This document shows positions 1-9,343 of a stretch of DNA of 64,000 nt, one piece after another; positions within the stretch are counted from its first letter, which is position 1, and the number at the start of each line of letters is the position of its first letter. This DNA is from Bacteroidota bacterium (GTDB taxonomy: Bacteria > Bacteroidota > Bacteroidia > Bacteroidales > GCA-2711565): positions 2,378-66,377 of the forward strand of contig PIVJ01000003.1 of NCBI GenBank assembly GCA_003353955.1, read 5' to 3'. Made by a program: the position numbers and the translations under genes. Under the pieces are notes generated by a model. That model saw only the letters and a list, made by a program, of their open reading frames with translations. It had not been told where the DNA came from and did not search any database.

Positions 1-1
1 G

Positions 2-496
2 GAATTCATTGATGCATTTAGTGTTGACCTGAAAGGGTTTACGGAAGAGTTCTACAGTAATTTAACTTCATCCCGCCTGGAACCGGTCTTGTCGTCAATT
101 AAGCAAATTAAAGCTGCAGGCAAGCACCTGGAAATAACCAATCTGGTAATTACAGGGCTTAATGATAATGAAAAGATTTTTACTGAAATGATTGATTGGA
201 TTGCCACAGAAATTGGATCGGATACAGTGCTGCATATTTCACGTTATTTCCCGATGTTTAGGATTAATAACCTACCTACACCCCAATCAAAATTGGAAAC
301 ACTTTATGGTATCGCCAAACAAAAGCTGGATTATGTATATCTTGGAAACACCAAATCGAAAAACGGACAAGATACTTTTTGCCCTGAATGTGGAGAGTTA
401 AGTATCCACCGTTTTGGTTATTCAACCACCATCAAGAATATTGATTCATTGGGAAATTGTACTTCCTGTTCTCATCCTATTATAAAATATTTATGA
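2..496 (+). CDS. AmmeMemoRadiSam-type radical SAM enzyme, C-terminal part (5' end outside the window)
   Basis: The frame is open from nt 2 (EFIDAFSVDLKGFTEEFY...), so the tracked 89..496 ORF is only the tail. The Cys-rich C-terminus (FCPECGEL...GNCTSCSHP) and a Memo-family gene 3 nt downstream fit the PflA-like activase of Memo/AMMECR1 modules. Confidence 0.65.
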   Translation, partial: EFIDAFSVDLKGFTEEFYSNLTSSRLEPVLSSIKQIKAAGKHLEITNLVITGLNDNEKIFTEMIDWIATEIGSDTVLHISRYFPMFRINNLPTPQSKLETLYGIAKQKLDYVYLGNTKSKNGQDTFCPECGELSIHRFGYSTTIKNIDSLGNCTSCSHPIIKYL

Positions 497-499
497 TCC

Positions 500-1330
500 A
501 TGAAAATTCGAAAAGCAGCACATATCGGTAAATTTTATCCTGCTCATAAAAAGGACTTGATAAAATTATATGAATCAATTTTGCTTTCGGAGAAAATGAA
601 AATCGATTATGGATTAGCGAAATCTGATTTAATTGGAGCGATTGTACCACATGCAGGCTTTATATATTCGGGATATCAGGCGATTCATTTTTTTGAGATC
701 CTAAAAAACCATCCTAAAAAATTAGATACCATCATCATCATTAATCCAAATCATTCCGGTTATGGTGATCCCGTTTCGTTGGATGAATGTTTTGAATGGG
801 AAAGTGTATTAAGAAATACGGTACTTGATCATGAATTTATGAATGAGTTAAATTTTCCAAGATCGGAGATGGCGCATAAGTTTGAACATTCAGGCGAAGT
901 GATGCTTCCTTTCTTACAATATGTGCTCGATTATAATTTTACCATATTACCCATTACCATGTCGGTTCAAAATTTCAGCAATGCAAAAAGAATTGCTGAT
1001 GCTATTTTTAATGTAAATCAACAATTAAAAAAGGAAATCCTGATTATTGCTTCCTCCGATTTTTCTCATTTCTTAAGCCCTGATAAAGGACGGGATCTTG
1101 ATGATCATGTTTTAAGAGAAATATATGCCCTAAATTCTGAGAAGCTTGAACATGAAGTTCAGACTAAAAACATTTCTGTTTGCGGCTACGGCCCAATCAT
1201 GGCATTGATTGAATTTGCCAAACTTAGCGTTCCAGGTCCTCAAATTTCACTACTCAAACGTGGGCATTCGGGTGAAGTTCATCCGGCAAATGAGGTCGTA
1301 AATTATGTTTCGGTGATGCTTCATCATTGA
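500..1330 (+). CDS. AmmeMemoRadiSam system protein B (MEMO1 family)
   Basis: 276 aa with Memo-like motifs VPHAGFIYSGYQA, NPNHSGYGD, SSDFSHF and CGYGPI. The ATG lies 3 nt after the upstream stop. Confidence 0.8.
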   Translation: MKIRKAAHIGKFYPAHKKDLIKLYESILLSEKMKIDYGLAKSDLIGAIVPHAGFIYSGYQAIHFFEILKNHPKKLDTIIIINPNHSGYGDPVSLDECFEWESVLRNTVLDHEFMNELNFPRSEMAHKFEHSGEVMLPFLQYVLDYNFTILPITMSVQNFSNAKRIADAIFNVNQQLKKEILIIASSDFSHFLSPDKGRDLDDHVLREIYALNSEKLEHEVQTKNISVCGYGPIMALIEFAKLSVPGPQISLLKRGHSGEVHPANEVVNYVSVMLHH

Positions 1331-1390
1331 TGAAAATAAAATAATTTCAACCTATGAGTATCTATAATTTCTTTTCCTTATTTTTACTCC

Positions 1391-1945
1391 ATGATCATAA
1401 TTGGGATAACCGGTACATTGGGTGCAGGAAAAGGAACCATCGTAGATTTTCTAATTCAGAAAAAGGAATTTATTCATTATTCTGTACGGGCATTATTAAT
1501 TGGTGAAATCACAAAAAGAGGTTTGATGGTAAACCGCGACAGTATGACTTCTGTTGCCAATGATCTCAGGGCTGAAAACTCATCTTCCTATGTAGTTGAC
1601 CAACTGTATCTTAAAGCGCGAGAAGGAGGAAGCAATTGTGTGATCGAGAGTATTCGTACCGAAGGTGAAATTGTATCCCTGAGGAAGAAGGGCGATTTCT
1701 ATTTATTTGCAATTGATGCTGATACTGAAATCAGATATAAACGAATACAAATTCGCAAATCAGAAACCGATGATGTATCTTTCAACACTTTTTTAAAGAA
1801 TGAAGAAAGAGAATCAAGTTCTGAAGATCCAAATAAGCAAAACTTGCAGCGTTGTAAGGAATTGGCTGATTTTGTTTTCATGAATAATGATTCGATTAAT
1901 CATCTTCACAAACAAGTTAATAATGCATTAAAAAATATTTTATAA
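1391..1945 (+). CDS. P-loop nucleoside/nucleotide kinase-like protein (substrate unknown)
   Basis: 184 aa with an N-terminal Walker A (GITGTLGAGKGT). Size and layout match small NMP / dephospho-CoA-kinase-like kinases; no specific family is recognisable by eye. Confidence 0.5.
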   Translation: MIIIGITGTLGAGKGTIVDFLIQKKEFIHYSVRALLIGEITKRGLMVNRDSMTSVANDLRAENSSSYVVDQLYLKAREGGSNCVIESIRTEGEIVSLRKKGDFYLFAIDADTEIRYKRIQIRKSETDDVSFNTFLKNEERESSSEDPNKQNLQRCKELADFVFMNNDSINHLHKQVNNALKNIL

Positions 1946-1957
1946 TTGAAATTGATT

Positions 1958-2449
1958 ATGAGTGAATCCAAAGATAAAAGGCCGAGTTGGGATGAATATT
2001 TTAATGAAATGGCAGATGCGGTTTCAAAAAGAGCAACCTGCAATCGTGGACGCAGCGGTTGTGTAATTGTGAAAGATCGCCATATGTTGGTTAGCGGATA
2101 TGTGGGTTCACCGAAAGGGACCGAACATTGTGATGGCATTGGCCATTTATTTAAAGAGGTTTATCATGCAGACGGATCGGTTACAAAACATTGTGTTCGG
2201 ACTGTACATGCTGAACAAAATGCCATCTGTCAGGCAGCGAAACTTGGCATAGCACTTGCCGGTTCAACGCTCTATTGCAGAATGACCCCATGCCGAACTT
2301 GTGCCATGTTGATTATCAATTGTGGTATTGAAAGAGTGGTTTGTGAAAAGCGATATCATAACGCTGCGGAATCAGAAGAATTGTTTGAAGAAGTGGGAGT
2401 AAAACTGGAATACTTCAGTACTGAAATAGAAAAATACGAAGGACAGTAG
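1958..2449 (+). CDS. dCMP (deoxycytidylate) deaminase, ComEB type
   Basis: Zinc-deaminase motifs HAEQNA and PCRTCA, plus the N-terminal RPSWDEYF typical of dCMP deaminases. ATG at 1958 is preferred over the TTG at 1946 used by the ORF track. Confidence 0.85.
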   Translation: MSESKDKRPSWDEYFNEMADAVSKRATCNRGRSGCVIVKDRHMLVSGYVGSPKGTEHCDGIGHLFKEVYHADGSVTKHCVRTVHAEQNAICQAAKLGIALAGSTLYCRMTPCRTCAMLIINCGIERVVCEKRYHNAAESEELFEEVGVKLEYFSTEIEKYEGQ

Positions 2450-2567
2450 GTTTAAGAATTTTATATCCAATACTACGAACTAGCGGTTTATCTCAAACTT
2501 TTACCACTTCATCTATTTCCTTTTTGTAATTTCGGATAAATCCCTATTTTTACAAAAAACTCAGCCT

Positions 2568-4526
2568 GTGCATAAAAAATTTATCAGTATATTTATTATA
2601 CTTCTTATTAGCCAATTCGCATTTTCACAATCCGATTCCGAACAACAATTTAATGATGATGATTTTCAGGTAACATTTCCATCAATCATTGTTCAACATG
2701 TAAGTGCTACCATAGAAATTATTCCTGCTGAACATCTTAAAGATTCCATCTATAGTAGCTCATTTCCTAAGATTAGGATTAACGGAGAAGTTGTAGAAAC
2801 CAAAATCATTGATGGGCTGCTATTGATTCCGTATAATTTTGATAAAAATGAAACGGTATATATCCAAATTGGCAGGTTTGGATTTTCAAAAAACACGACA
2901 CCCATTCCCCTTTGGATGTCAATACTTCCACCTTTAATTGCCATTATCATGGCACTTTGGATCAAGGAAGTTTTTACGGCACTGTTTGTAGGGATTCTGG
3001 TGGGGACAACCATGATATACTTCTATTCCGGGAGTATTTTTTTTATTGCCGTTTTTCAAGGCTTGTATGCAATTATGGATACTTACGTCATTGAATCTGT
3101 TACAGATTCCGGACATTTATCGATCATCATTTTTTCAATGCTGATTGGAGCTATGGTAAATCTTATCACAAAAAATGGCGGAATGAAAGGTGTGGTGAAT
3201 ATTTTATCAAAATACGCCCAAAGTCCACGTTCCGGGCAATTCATCACATGGCTGATGGGCATCGCTATATTTTTTGACGATTATGCAAATACCCTGGTCG
3301 TTGGAAATACGATGCGCCCGGTGACAGATCAACTCAAAATTTCGAGAGAGAAACTTGCATACATTGTTGACTCGACGGCTGCACCTGTTGCATCCATTGC
3401 CTTTATCACTACATGGATCGGAGCCGAACTGAGCTATATTCAAAATGGAATTGATACACTGGGACTCGAGGAAAGTGCCTATAATATTTTTATTAATTCT
3501 CTGGCTTACTCATTTTATCCAATTTTCACCTTGATATTTATCCTGATACTGATTTATCGGAATGTAGATTTTGGCCCAATGTTCAAGGCCGAGCAGAAGG
3601 CAAGGAATATGAAAATAATCTCCAACGATGATTCAGAGGGCTTTTCAAATAAACTGAACGAATTCGAAACTTCGGATAAAATCAAAGCCCGATGGTATAA
3701 TGCAGCTATTCCTGTACTGGTGATTATTATTGGAACTTCTGTGGGACTGTTATTCACCGGGTGGGATGAACAGGTATGGCAAGATATTGACCTTGCCTTT
3801 TCAAAAAAAATATCAATTATAATTGGCAATGCTGACTCCTACAAGGCATTATTATGGTCATCACTTTCAGGTGTAATGGTCGCTTTAGTACTCACCTTAG
3901 GTCAACGGTTAATGAACTTGAAGGACAGTATCGATAGCTTGATTAATGGATTTAGAAGTATGCTAACAGCAGTTGTAATCTTAATTCTAGCGTGGTCGAT
4001 TGCGTTGGTAACCCAACATTTACATACCGCAGATTTTATCTCTCAAACGATGTTGACGCTTTCCATTTCGCCATATTTAATTCCAACACTTACATTTGTT
4101 TTGGCCGGACTGGTTGCATTTTCAACCGGATCATCATGGGGGACTATGGCCATTTTATATCCTTTGTTACTACCTGCTTCCTGGCTTATTTCGCAGGAAA
4201 GTGGGTTGGACTATGCCGTGAGTATGTCACTGTTTTATAATGTTGTTTCAGGTGTGCTTGCCGGATCAGTTTTAGGGGATCATTGCTCACCCATTTCTGA
4301 TACTACTATTTTAAGTTCATTGGCTACAAACTGTAATCACATTGAACACGTACGAACACAATTACCTTATGCACTAACGGTAGGTTTTGCAGCTATTTTT
4401 ATTGGAACTCTTCCGGCAGCATATGGTGTTTCATCATGGATTTTATTCCCAACCGGAATTATTTTTATGTACATTGTTATTCGCATAGTTGGAAAGAAGG
4501 TAAATACAGCTGCTGTAAAATTATGA
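2568..4526 (+). CDS. Na+/H+ antiporter NhaC family protein with N-terminal extension
   Basis: Polytopic membrane protein with NhaC-family blocks DDYANTLVVGNTMRP and GDHCSPISDTT. The GTG start gives a signal-peptide-like N-terminus plus about 95 extra residues. The alternative ATG at 2916 would give the 536-aa core only. Confidence 0.75.
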   Translation: MHKKFISIFIILLISQFAFSQSDSEQQFNDDDFQVTFPSIIVQHVSATIEIIPAEHLKDSIYSSSFPKIRINGEVVETKIIDGLLLIPYNFDKNETVYIQIGRFGFSKNTTPIPLWMSILPPLIAIIMALWIKEVFTALFVGILVGTTMIYFYSGSIFFIAVFQGLYAIMDTYVIESVTDSGHLSIIIFSMLIGAMVNLITKNGGMKGVVNILSKYAQSPRSGQFITWLMGIAIFFDDYANTLVVGNTMRPVTDQLKISREKLAYIVDSTAAPVASIAFITTWIGAELSYIQNGIDTLGLEESAYNIFINSLAYSFYPIFTLIFILILIYRNVDFGPMFKAEQKARNMKIISNDDSEGFSNKLNEFETSDKIKARWYNAAIPVLVIIIGTSVGLLFTGWDEQVWQDIDLAFSKKISIIIGNADSYKALLWSSLSGVMVALVLTLGQRLMNLKDSIDSLINGFRSMLTAVVILILAWSIALVTQHLHTADFISQTMLTLSISPYLIPTLTFVLAGLVAFSTGSSWGTMAILYPLLLPASWLISQESGLDYAVSMSLFYNVVSGVLAGSVLGDHCSPISDTTILSSLATNCNHIEHVRTQLPYALTVGFAAIFIGTLPAAYGVSSWILFPTGIIFMYIVIRIVGKKVNTAAVKL

Positions 4527-4542
4527 TTTATATAGATCAAAA

Positions 4543-5331
4543 ATGGATTGGATTGAAATAGTTGTATTAATAGTTTCTGGTGTTTTTGTTGGATTTATAA
4601 ATACCCTGGCCGGAGGCGGATCAATTATTTCTTTATCAATTTTAATGCTGATGGGATTACCGGCTAATGTGGCTAATGGCACCAACCGCATTGGCATCTT
4701 GGTTCAGAATATTGCCGGTGTTGCAAGCTTCAGGCAACAAAAGGTACTGGAGGTCAGAAAAGGATTATTATTAGGAATTCCTGCCGTTATTGGTTCACTA
4801 ATTGGAGCGATGATAGCCGTTGATTTGAATGAAGACATCTTTGAAAAAGCCATCGCTATTATCATGCTCATCATGTTGGGATTTATCCTTTTTAAGCCAC
4901 AAAAATTTATTCACGGACGAAAAGAATTGAATGAAAAGAAGATCAATATTTGGCAAGTGTTGATCTTTTTTGGTATTGGATTATATGGTGGTTTTATCCA
5001 ATTAGGAGTTGGCTATTTTTTAATCGCCGGAATCGTGCTAAGCTTAGGTTACGATTTAGTAAAAACCAATGCTCTAAAAGTGCTTATTGTACTTTTATAT
5101 ACACCCTTTTCGCTAGCCATTTTTATTTTGAATGATCAGGTGAATTGGACCTATGGTCTCATCCTCACCATTGGTACTTTTATTGGCGCGATGGTTGCAT
5201 CGAGATTGGCTGTTAAAAAAGGAGTGAATTTTGTTCGGTGGGTCATTATATTTGTAATTCTTCTCACTTCTTCACATCTTTTTGGGATCCTAAATATTCA
5301 AGATGTTTTCGGAAGCATAATTGGGAAATAA
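4543..5331 (+). CDS. TauE/SafE (TSUP) family sulfite/anion exporter
   Basis: 262 aa with about 8 TM helices. Has the N-terminal FINTLAGGGSII motif and the internal duplication typical of the TSUP family. Confidence 0.8.
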   Translation: MDWIEIVVLIVSGVFVGFINTLAGGGSIISLSILMLMGLPANVANGTNRIGILVQNIAGVASFRQQKVLEVRKGLLLGIPAVIGSLIGAMIAVDLNEDIFEKAIAIIMLIMLGFILFKPQKFIHGRKELNEKKINIWQVLIFFGIGLYGGFIQLGVGYFLIAGIVLSLGYDLVKTNALKVLIVLLYTPFSLAIFILNDQVNWTYGLILTIGTFIGAMVASRLAVKKGVNFVRWVIIFVILLTSSHLFGILNIQDVFGSIIGK

Positions 5332-5337
5332 GTACAC

Positions 5338-7248
5338 TTATTCAAGTAAAAATCTTCTTACCGTTTTTTCTATTCCAGCCTTATCAAAACCGCACTCTTT
5401 ATGTAGTTCTTCAATGCTTCCCTGTTCAATAAATTTATCAGGGATACCTAATCTTTTCACCTTTGCCTGATAATTATTGTCAGCCATAAATTCAAGAACG
5501 GCACTTCCCAGTCCTCCGATAATGGTTCCATCTTCAACAGTAATAATATGTTGGTAATTTTCAAAAATCTCATGTAGTAAGTTCTCATCAATGGGTTTGA
5601 GAAACCGAATATCGTAATGCCCGATTTTAATTCCTTCAGCCAATAGTTTCTCGCAAACTTCAATGGCATAATTTCCAATATGGCCAATCGTGATAATAGC
5701 AAGCTTATCACCCTCAGCAATCTTTCTTCCTATACCAATTTCTAATTCTTTGAAAGATGTTTTCCATTCCGGCATAACACCTCTCCCTCTCGGATATCTG
5801 ATCGAAAATACACCCTGTTTTTTAAGTTGAGCAGTATACATTAAGTTCCGCAATTCTTCTTCGTTCATCGGAGCTGAGACAATCATATTTGGGATTGATC
5901 TAAAATATGACAAATCATAAGCACCGTGATGCGTAGCACCGTCTTCACCAACCAGTCCGCCACGATCAAGGCAAATAACTACATGCTGGTTTTGAAGCGC
6001 CACATCATGAATTACCTGATCGTATGCCCGTTGCATAAATGTTGAATACACATTACAGAACGGAATCATTCCCTGCGTTGCCAATCCGGCAGAGAAAGTA
6101 ACGGCATGTTGCTCAGCAATACCCACATCAAAAACTCGATCGGGCATCTTTTCCATCATTAAATTTAAGGAACAGCCTGTAGGCATTGCCGGTGTGATAC
6201 CCACAATTTTTTCATTTTGCTCGGCAAGTTCAATGATGGTACGGCCAAAAACCGTTTGATATTTCGGCGCTTGTTTTTGAGGACAATTTTTCTCAATTAT
6301 TTCACCCGTTTTTTTATCGAATACACCCGGTGCATGAAATCGGGTTTGATTTTTTTCTGCTTGTTTAAACCCCTTCCCCTTTTTTGTAATGATGTGTAAT
6401 AATTTGGGGCCAGGGATGTTTTGTAAATCTTTAAACAAGCCAACCATCCTTTTAACATCGTGTCCATCAACGGGTCCGAAATAACGAAAACCAAATGATT
6501 CAAATAAATTACTCCTTCTTAAGATTGATCCTTTAATCGCATTCTCAATTTGCTGTGCAATTCGCTGGTGATTGGGCCCATATTTAGCAGTCGCTTTTCC
6601 CAACACTTTCCAGAGAAAATTTTTCAACCGATTATAGGTACGTGAAGTAGCAATATCAACTAAGTAATCTTTTAGCGCACCAACATTTTTATCGATTGCA
6701 ATTCCGTTATCGTTTAAAATTATCAATAAATTTGATTTCGAAACTCCCGCATTATTCAATGCTTCCATGGCCATACCTCCGGTAATTGATCCATCTCCTA
6801 TCACAGCGATATGTTGGCGGTTATTATTATCTTTCTTTAGTTCAGAAGCAATAGCCATTCCAAAGGCAGCGGAGATTGAGGTGGATGAATGTCCGACACC
6901 AAAAGCATCGTATTCACTTTCGGATATTTTTGGGAATCCACTGATGCCATTAGATTTCCTGTTTAAATGAAAAACATCTTTCCGACCTGTTAGAATTTTA
7001 TGGGTATAAGCCTGATGTCCTACATCCCAAATGAGTCGATCGTATGGAGTATTATATGAAAAATGTAAGGCCACTGAAAGTTCAACAACCCCAAGGCTGG
7101 CACCCAAATGTCCCGGGTTTATTGATATTACGTCAATAATAAAATTCCTAATTTCCTCACAAAGCTGTGGTAATGCTTCTACGTCAATTAAACGAAGATC
7201 TAAAGGATTATTAACCCGGGATAATATTTCGCCTTGTAATGCTGTCAT
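5338..7248 (-). CDS. dxs: 1-deoxy-D-xylulose-5-phosphate synthase
   Basis: 636 aa with the WDVGHQAYTHKILTGR and GDGSITGGMAMEALN (TPP-binding) motifs. Full-length Dxs architecture. Confidence 0.95.
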   Translation of the reverse strand: MTALQGEILSRVNNPLDLRLIDVEALPQLCEEIRNFIIDVISINPGHLGASLGVVELSVALHFSYNTPYDRLIWDVGHQAYTHKILTGRKDVFHLNRKSNGISGFPKISESEYDAFGVGHSSTSISAAFGMAIASELKKDNNNRQHIAVIGDGSITGGMAMEALNNAGVSKSNLLIILNDNGIAIDKNVGALKDYLVDIATSRTYNRLKNFLWKVLGKATAKYGPNHQRIAQQIENAIKGSILRRSNLFESFGFRYFGPVDGHDVKRMVGLFKDLQNIPGPKLLHIITKKGKGFKQAEKNQTRFHAPGVFDKKTGEIIEKNCPQKQAPKYQTVFGRTIIELAEQNEKIVGITPAMPTGCSLNLMMEKMPDRVFDVGIAEQHAVTFSAGLATQGMIPFCNVYSTFMQRAYDQVIHDVALQNQHVVICLDRGGLVGEDGATHHGAYDLSYFRSIPNMIVSAPMNEEELRNLMYTAQLKKQGVFSIRYPRGRGVMPEWKTSFKELEIGIGRKIAEGDKLAIITIGHIGNYAIEVCEKLLAEGIKIGHYDIRFLKPIDENLLHEIFENYQHIITVEDGTIIGGLGSAVLEFMADNNYQAKVKRLGIPDKFIEQGSIEELHKECGFDKAGIEKTVRRFLLE

Positions 7249-7272
7249 CTATTTGCAAATTCTATTTGCAAA
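7248..7272. repeat. Tandem 12-nt motif TCTATTTGCAAA x2 containing the palindrome ATTTGCAAAT
   Basis: Copies sit at 7248..7259 and 7261..7272. The first overlaps the dxs start codon and the second overlaps the predicted dxs -7 box. Confidence 0.7.
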
Positions 7273-7276
7273 AATA
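7269..7276 (-). promoter_or_regulatory. Bacteroidota-type -7 promoter box (TATTTTTG) for dxs
   Basis: Matches TAnnTTTG on the minus strand, 20 nt upstream of the dxs ATG. Confidence 0.45.
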
Positions 7277-7312
7277 CACGATTAAAGAATACAAAAATAT
7301 AATACGGGCCTA

Positions 7313-7633
7313 TTATAATAGTCCAAGATCAAGTTTCGCAGCTTCCGAAATCATGTCCTGATCCCAAGGTGGTTCGAACGTAAGTTCAACCTCCGAAGAA
7401 TGAACCCCTTCAACTAGCTTTACTGTTTCCCTAACCTCAATCGGTAACTCTTCAGCAACCGGGCAATTTGGGGCAGTTAAAGTCATCACGATTTTCACAT
7501 TGAATAGCTCATCAATATTTACTTTGTATATCAAACCAAGCTCATAAATATTTACAGGAACTTCAGGATCGAATACATTTTTTAATGCATCAATGATGTT
7601 ATTTTCTAATTGTTGTTTATCAATAGTTGTCAT
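7313..7633 (-). CDS. sufT: SUF-associated Fe-S assembly protein (DUF59 / SufT-like)
   Basis: 106 aa with the FDPEVPVNIYELGLIY and LTAPNCPVAE motifs of DUF59 proteins. It is the last gene of the suf cluster. Confidence 0.75.
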   Translation of the reverse strand: MTTIDKQQLENNIIDALKNVFDPEVPVNIYELGLIYKVNIDELFNVKIVMTLTAPNCPVAEELPIEVRETVKLVEGVHSSEVELTFEPPWDQDMISEAAKLDLGLL

Positions 7634-7642
7634 AGGAAAACC

Positions 7643-8089
7643 TTATTCACCGCTTGTTTGAGATGCCTTTGTTTTAAAGACCAGGGCATATAATTTCATT
7701 TGCTTGATCATAGCCATTAGGCCATTAGAACGATTGGGAGATAGATGCTCTTTAAGCCCTAGTTTCTTAATGAAAAAGAAATCAGAATTTATGATAGCAT
7801 CAGGCTTTTGATTATTCATTATCCTAATTAATAAATTTGCTAATCCTTTAGTGATTACGGCTTCACTGTCGGCTGAGAAATAAACTTTTCCATCACGAAA
7901 TTCTGCGTACAGCCAAACCTTAGATTGGCAACCTGAAATTAAATTACTTTCTGTTTTATACTTAGTATCAATTACCGGAACATTTTTTCCCATATCGATG
8001 ATGTAATTATACTTATCCATCCAACCCTCAAGATGGGCAAATTCTTCAATAATTTCATCTTCAACAATTCGGATACTTTCTACTTCCAT
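7643..8089 (-). CDS. sufE: Cysteine desulfuration protein SufE
   Basis: 148 aa with the conserved persulfide-acceptor Cys context ISGCQSKVWL. Lies immediately downstream of sufS. Confidence 0.8.
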   Translation of the reverse strand: MEVESIRIVEDEIIEEFAHLEGWMDKYNYIIDMGKNVPVIDTKYKTESNLISGCQSKVWLYAEFRDGKVYFSADSEAVITKGLANLLIRIMNNQKPDAIINSDFFFIKKLGLKEHLSPNRSNGLMAMIKQMKLYALVFKTKASQTSGE

Positions 8090-8104
8090 CGTAGTAAATT
8101 TTAG

Positions 8105-9328
8105 TTATTCAAACATCGTTTTCACTTGTTTGACAGTGGTTGTTAGTAAGTCTATTTCTTCAATTGTGTTATACATTGCAAATGATGCACGGACGGTACC
8201 GGGGATATTAAAATGATCGAGAATGGGCTGGGCACAATGATGTCCGGTACGAACTGCGATTCCGAAATGATCGATAATGGTTCCTGCATCAAAAGGATGG
8301 ATGTCTCCAATCAGAAAAGAAATAACACCGGCTCTATTTACAGCTTCTCCGATAAATCTGATCCCATCAATTTTCTTTAATTCCTGGGTGGCATAATTTA
8401 ACAGTTTATTCTCATGTCGAGCTATATTCTCCATTCCAATATTTTTTATATATTCCAAGGCAGCATTTAAACCTAATACTGCTTCAACATTCGGAGTGCC
8501 TGCTTCAAATTTAAAAGGTAATTCATTAAAAGAAGTTTTCTCAAAACTCACTTGGTCCACCATTTCTCCACCCATTTGATAAGGCGGCATTTCTTCCAGG
8601 TATTTTTCTTTTCCATACAGAATACCAACTCCCATTGGAGCATAAAACTTATGTCCGGAAAAAGCATAGAAATCACAATCCAATTGCTGCACATCAACGG
8701 AACAATGGGATATTCCTTGTGCTCCATCAATCATCACCGGGATATTAAATTCATGGGCTTTTTCAATGATTTCCTTTATGGGATTGATGCTTCCTAATGC
8801 ATTGGACACATGAGAAACAGTAACCAGTTTTGTTTTTGAATTAAGCAATTTCACATACTCATCAAATAAAAACTCACCTTGATCATTTACAGGAACGATC
8901 TTTAAAGTCGCTTTTTTCTCCTTACATAGTTGTTGCCAGGGTACCAGATTAGAATGATGTTCCAGTGCTGAGATGATGACCTCATCCCCTTCATTAACGT
9001 TCTTTTTACCAAAGGAATTAGCCATTAAATTTATTGAGTCGGTTGTTCCCTTTGTAATAATAATCTCTTTCTTTTCTTTGGCATTGACGTATTGCTGAAT
9101 GTTTTCTCGAGCCTCTTCAAAGACCACCGTTGCCTCCTGGCTTAAATAATGAACCCCTCTGTGAATATTTGAATTGCTTTCGGAATAATACTTAACAACT
9201 GTATCAATTACAGACTGTGGTTTTTGAGTTGTAGCGGCATTATCCAGATAAACCAGGTTTTTACCGTAAATTTTTCTCTTTAAAATCGGGAAGTCTTCTC
9301 TGACTTTATTTACATCGTATGGATTCAT
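8105..9328 (-). CDS. sufS: Cysteine desulfurase SufS
   Basis: 407 aa class-V aminotransferase with the PLP-lysine block SGHKFYAPMGVG and the active-site Cys block RTGHHCAQP. Confidence 0.9.
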   Translation of the reverse strand: MNPYDVNKVREDFPILKRKIYGKNLVYLDNAATTQKPQSVIDTVVKYYSESNSNIHRGVHYLSQEATVVFEEARENIQQYVNAKEKKEIIITKGTTDSINLMANSFGKKNVNEGDEVIISALEHHSNLVPWQQLCKEKKATLKIVPVNDQGEFLFDEYVKLLNSKTKLVTVSHVSNALGSINPIKEIIEKAHEFNIPVMIDGAQGISHCSVDVQQLDCDFYAFSGHKFYAPMGVGILYGKEKYLEEMPPYQMGGEMVDQVSFEKTSFNELPFKFEAGTPNVEAVLGLNAALEYIKNIGMENIARHENKLLNYATQELKKIDGIRFIGEAVNRAGVISFLIGDIHPFDAGTIIDHFGIAVRTGHHCAQPILDHFNIPGTVRASFAMYNTIEEIDLLTTTVKQVKTMFE

Positions 9329-9343
9329 AAACGAGTAAAAATA

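Noticed and set aside
192-401. 69-aa alternative-frame ORF inside the radical SAM gene.
   Set aside because: It overlaps the conserved reading frame of the radical SAM enzyme and has no motifs.
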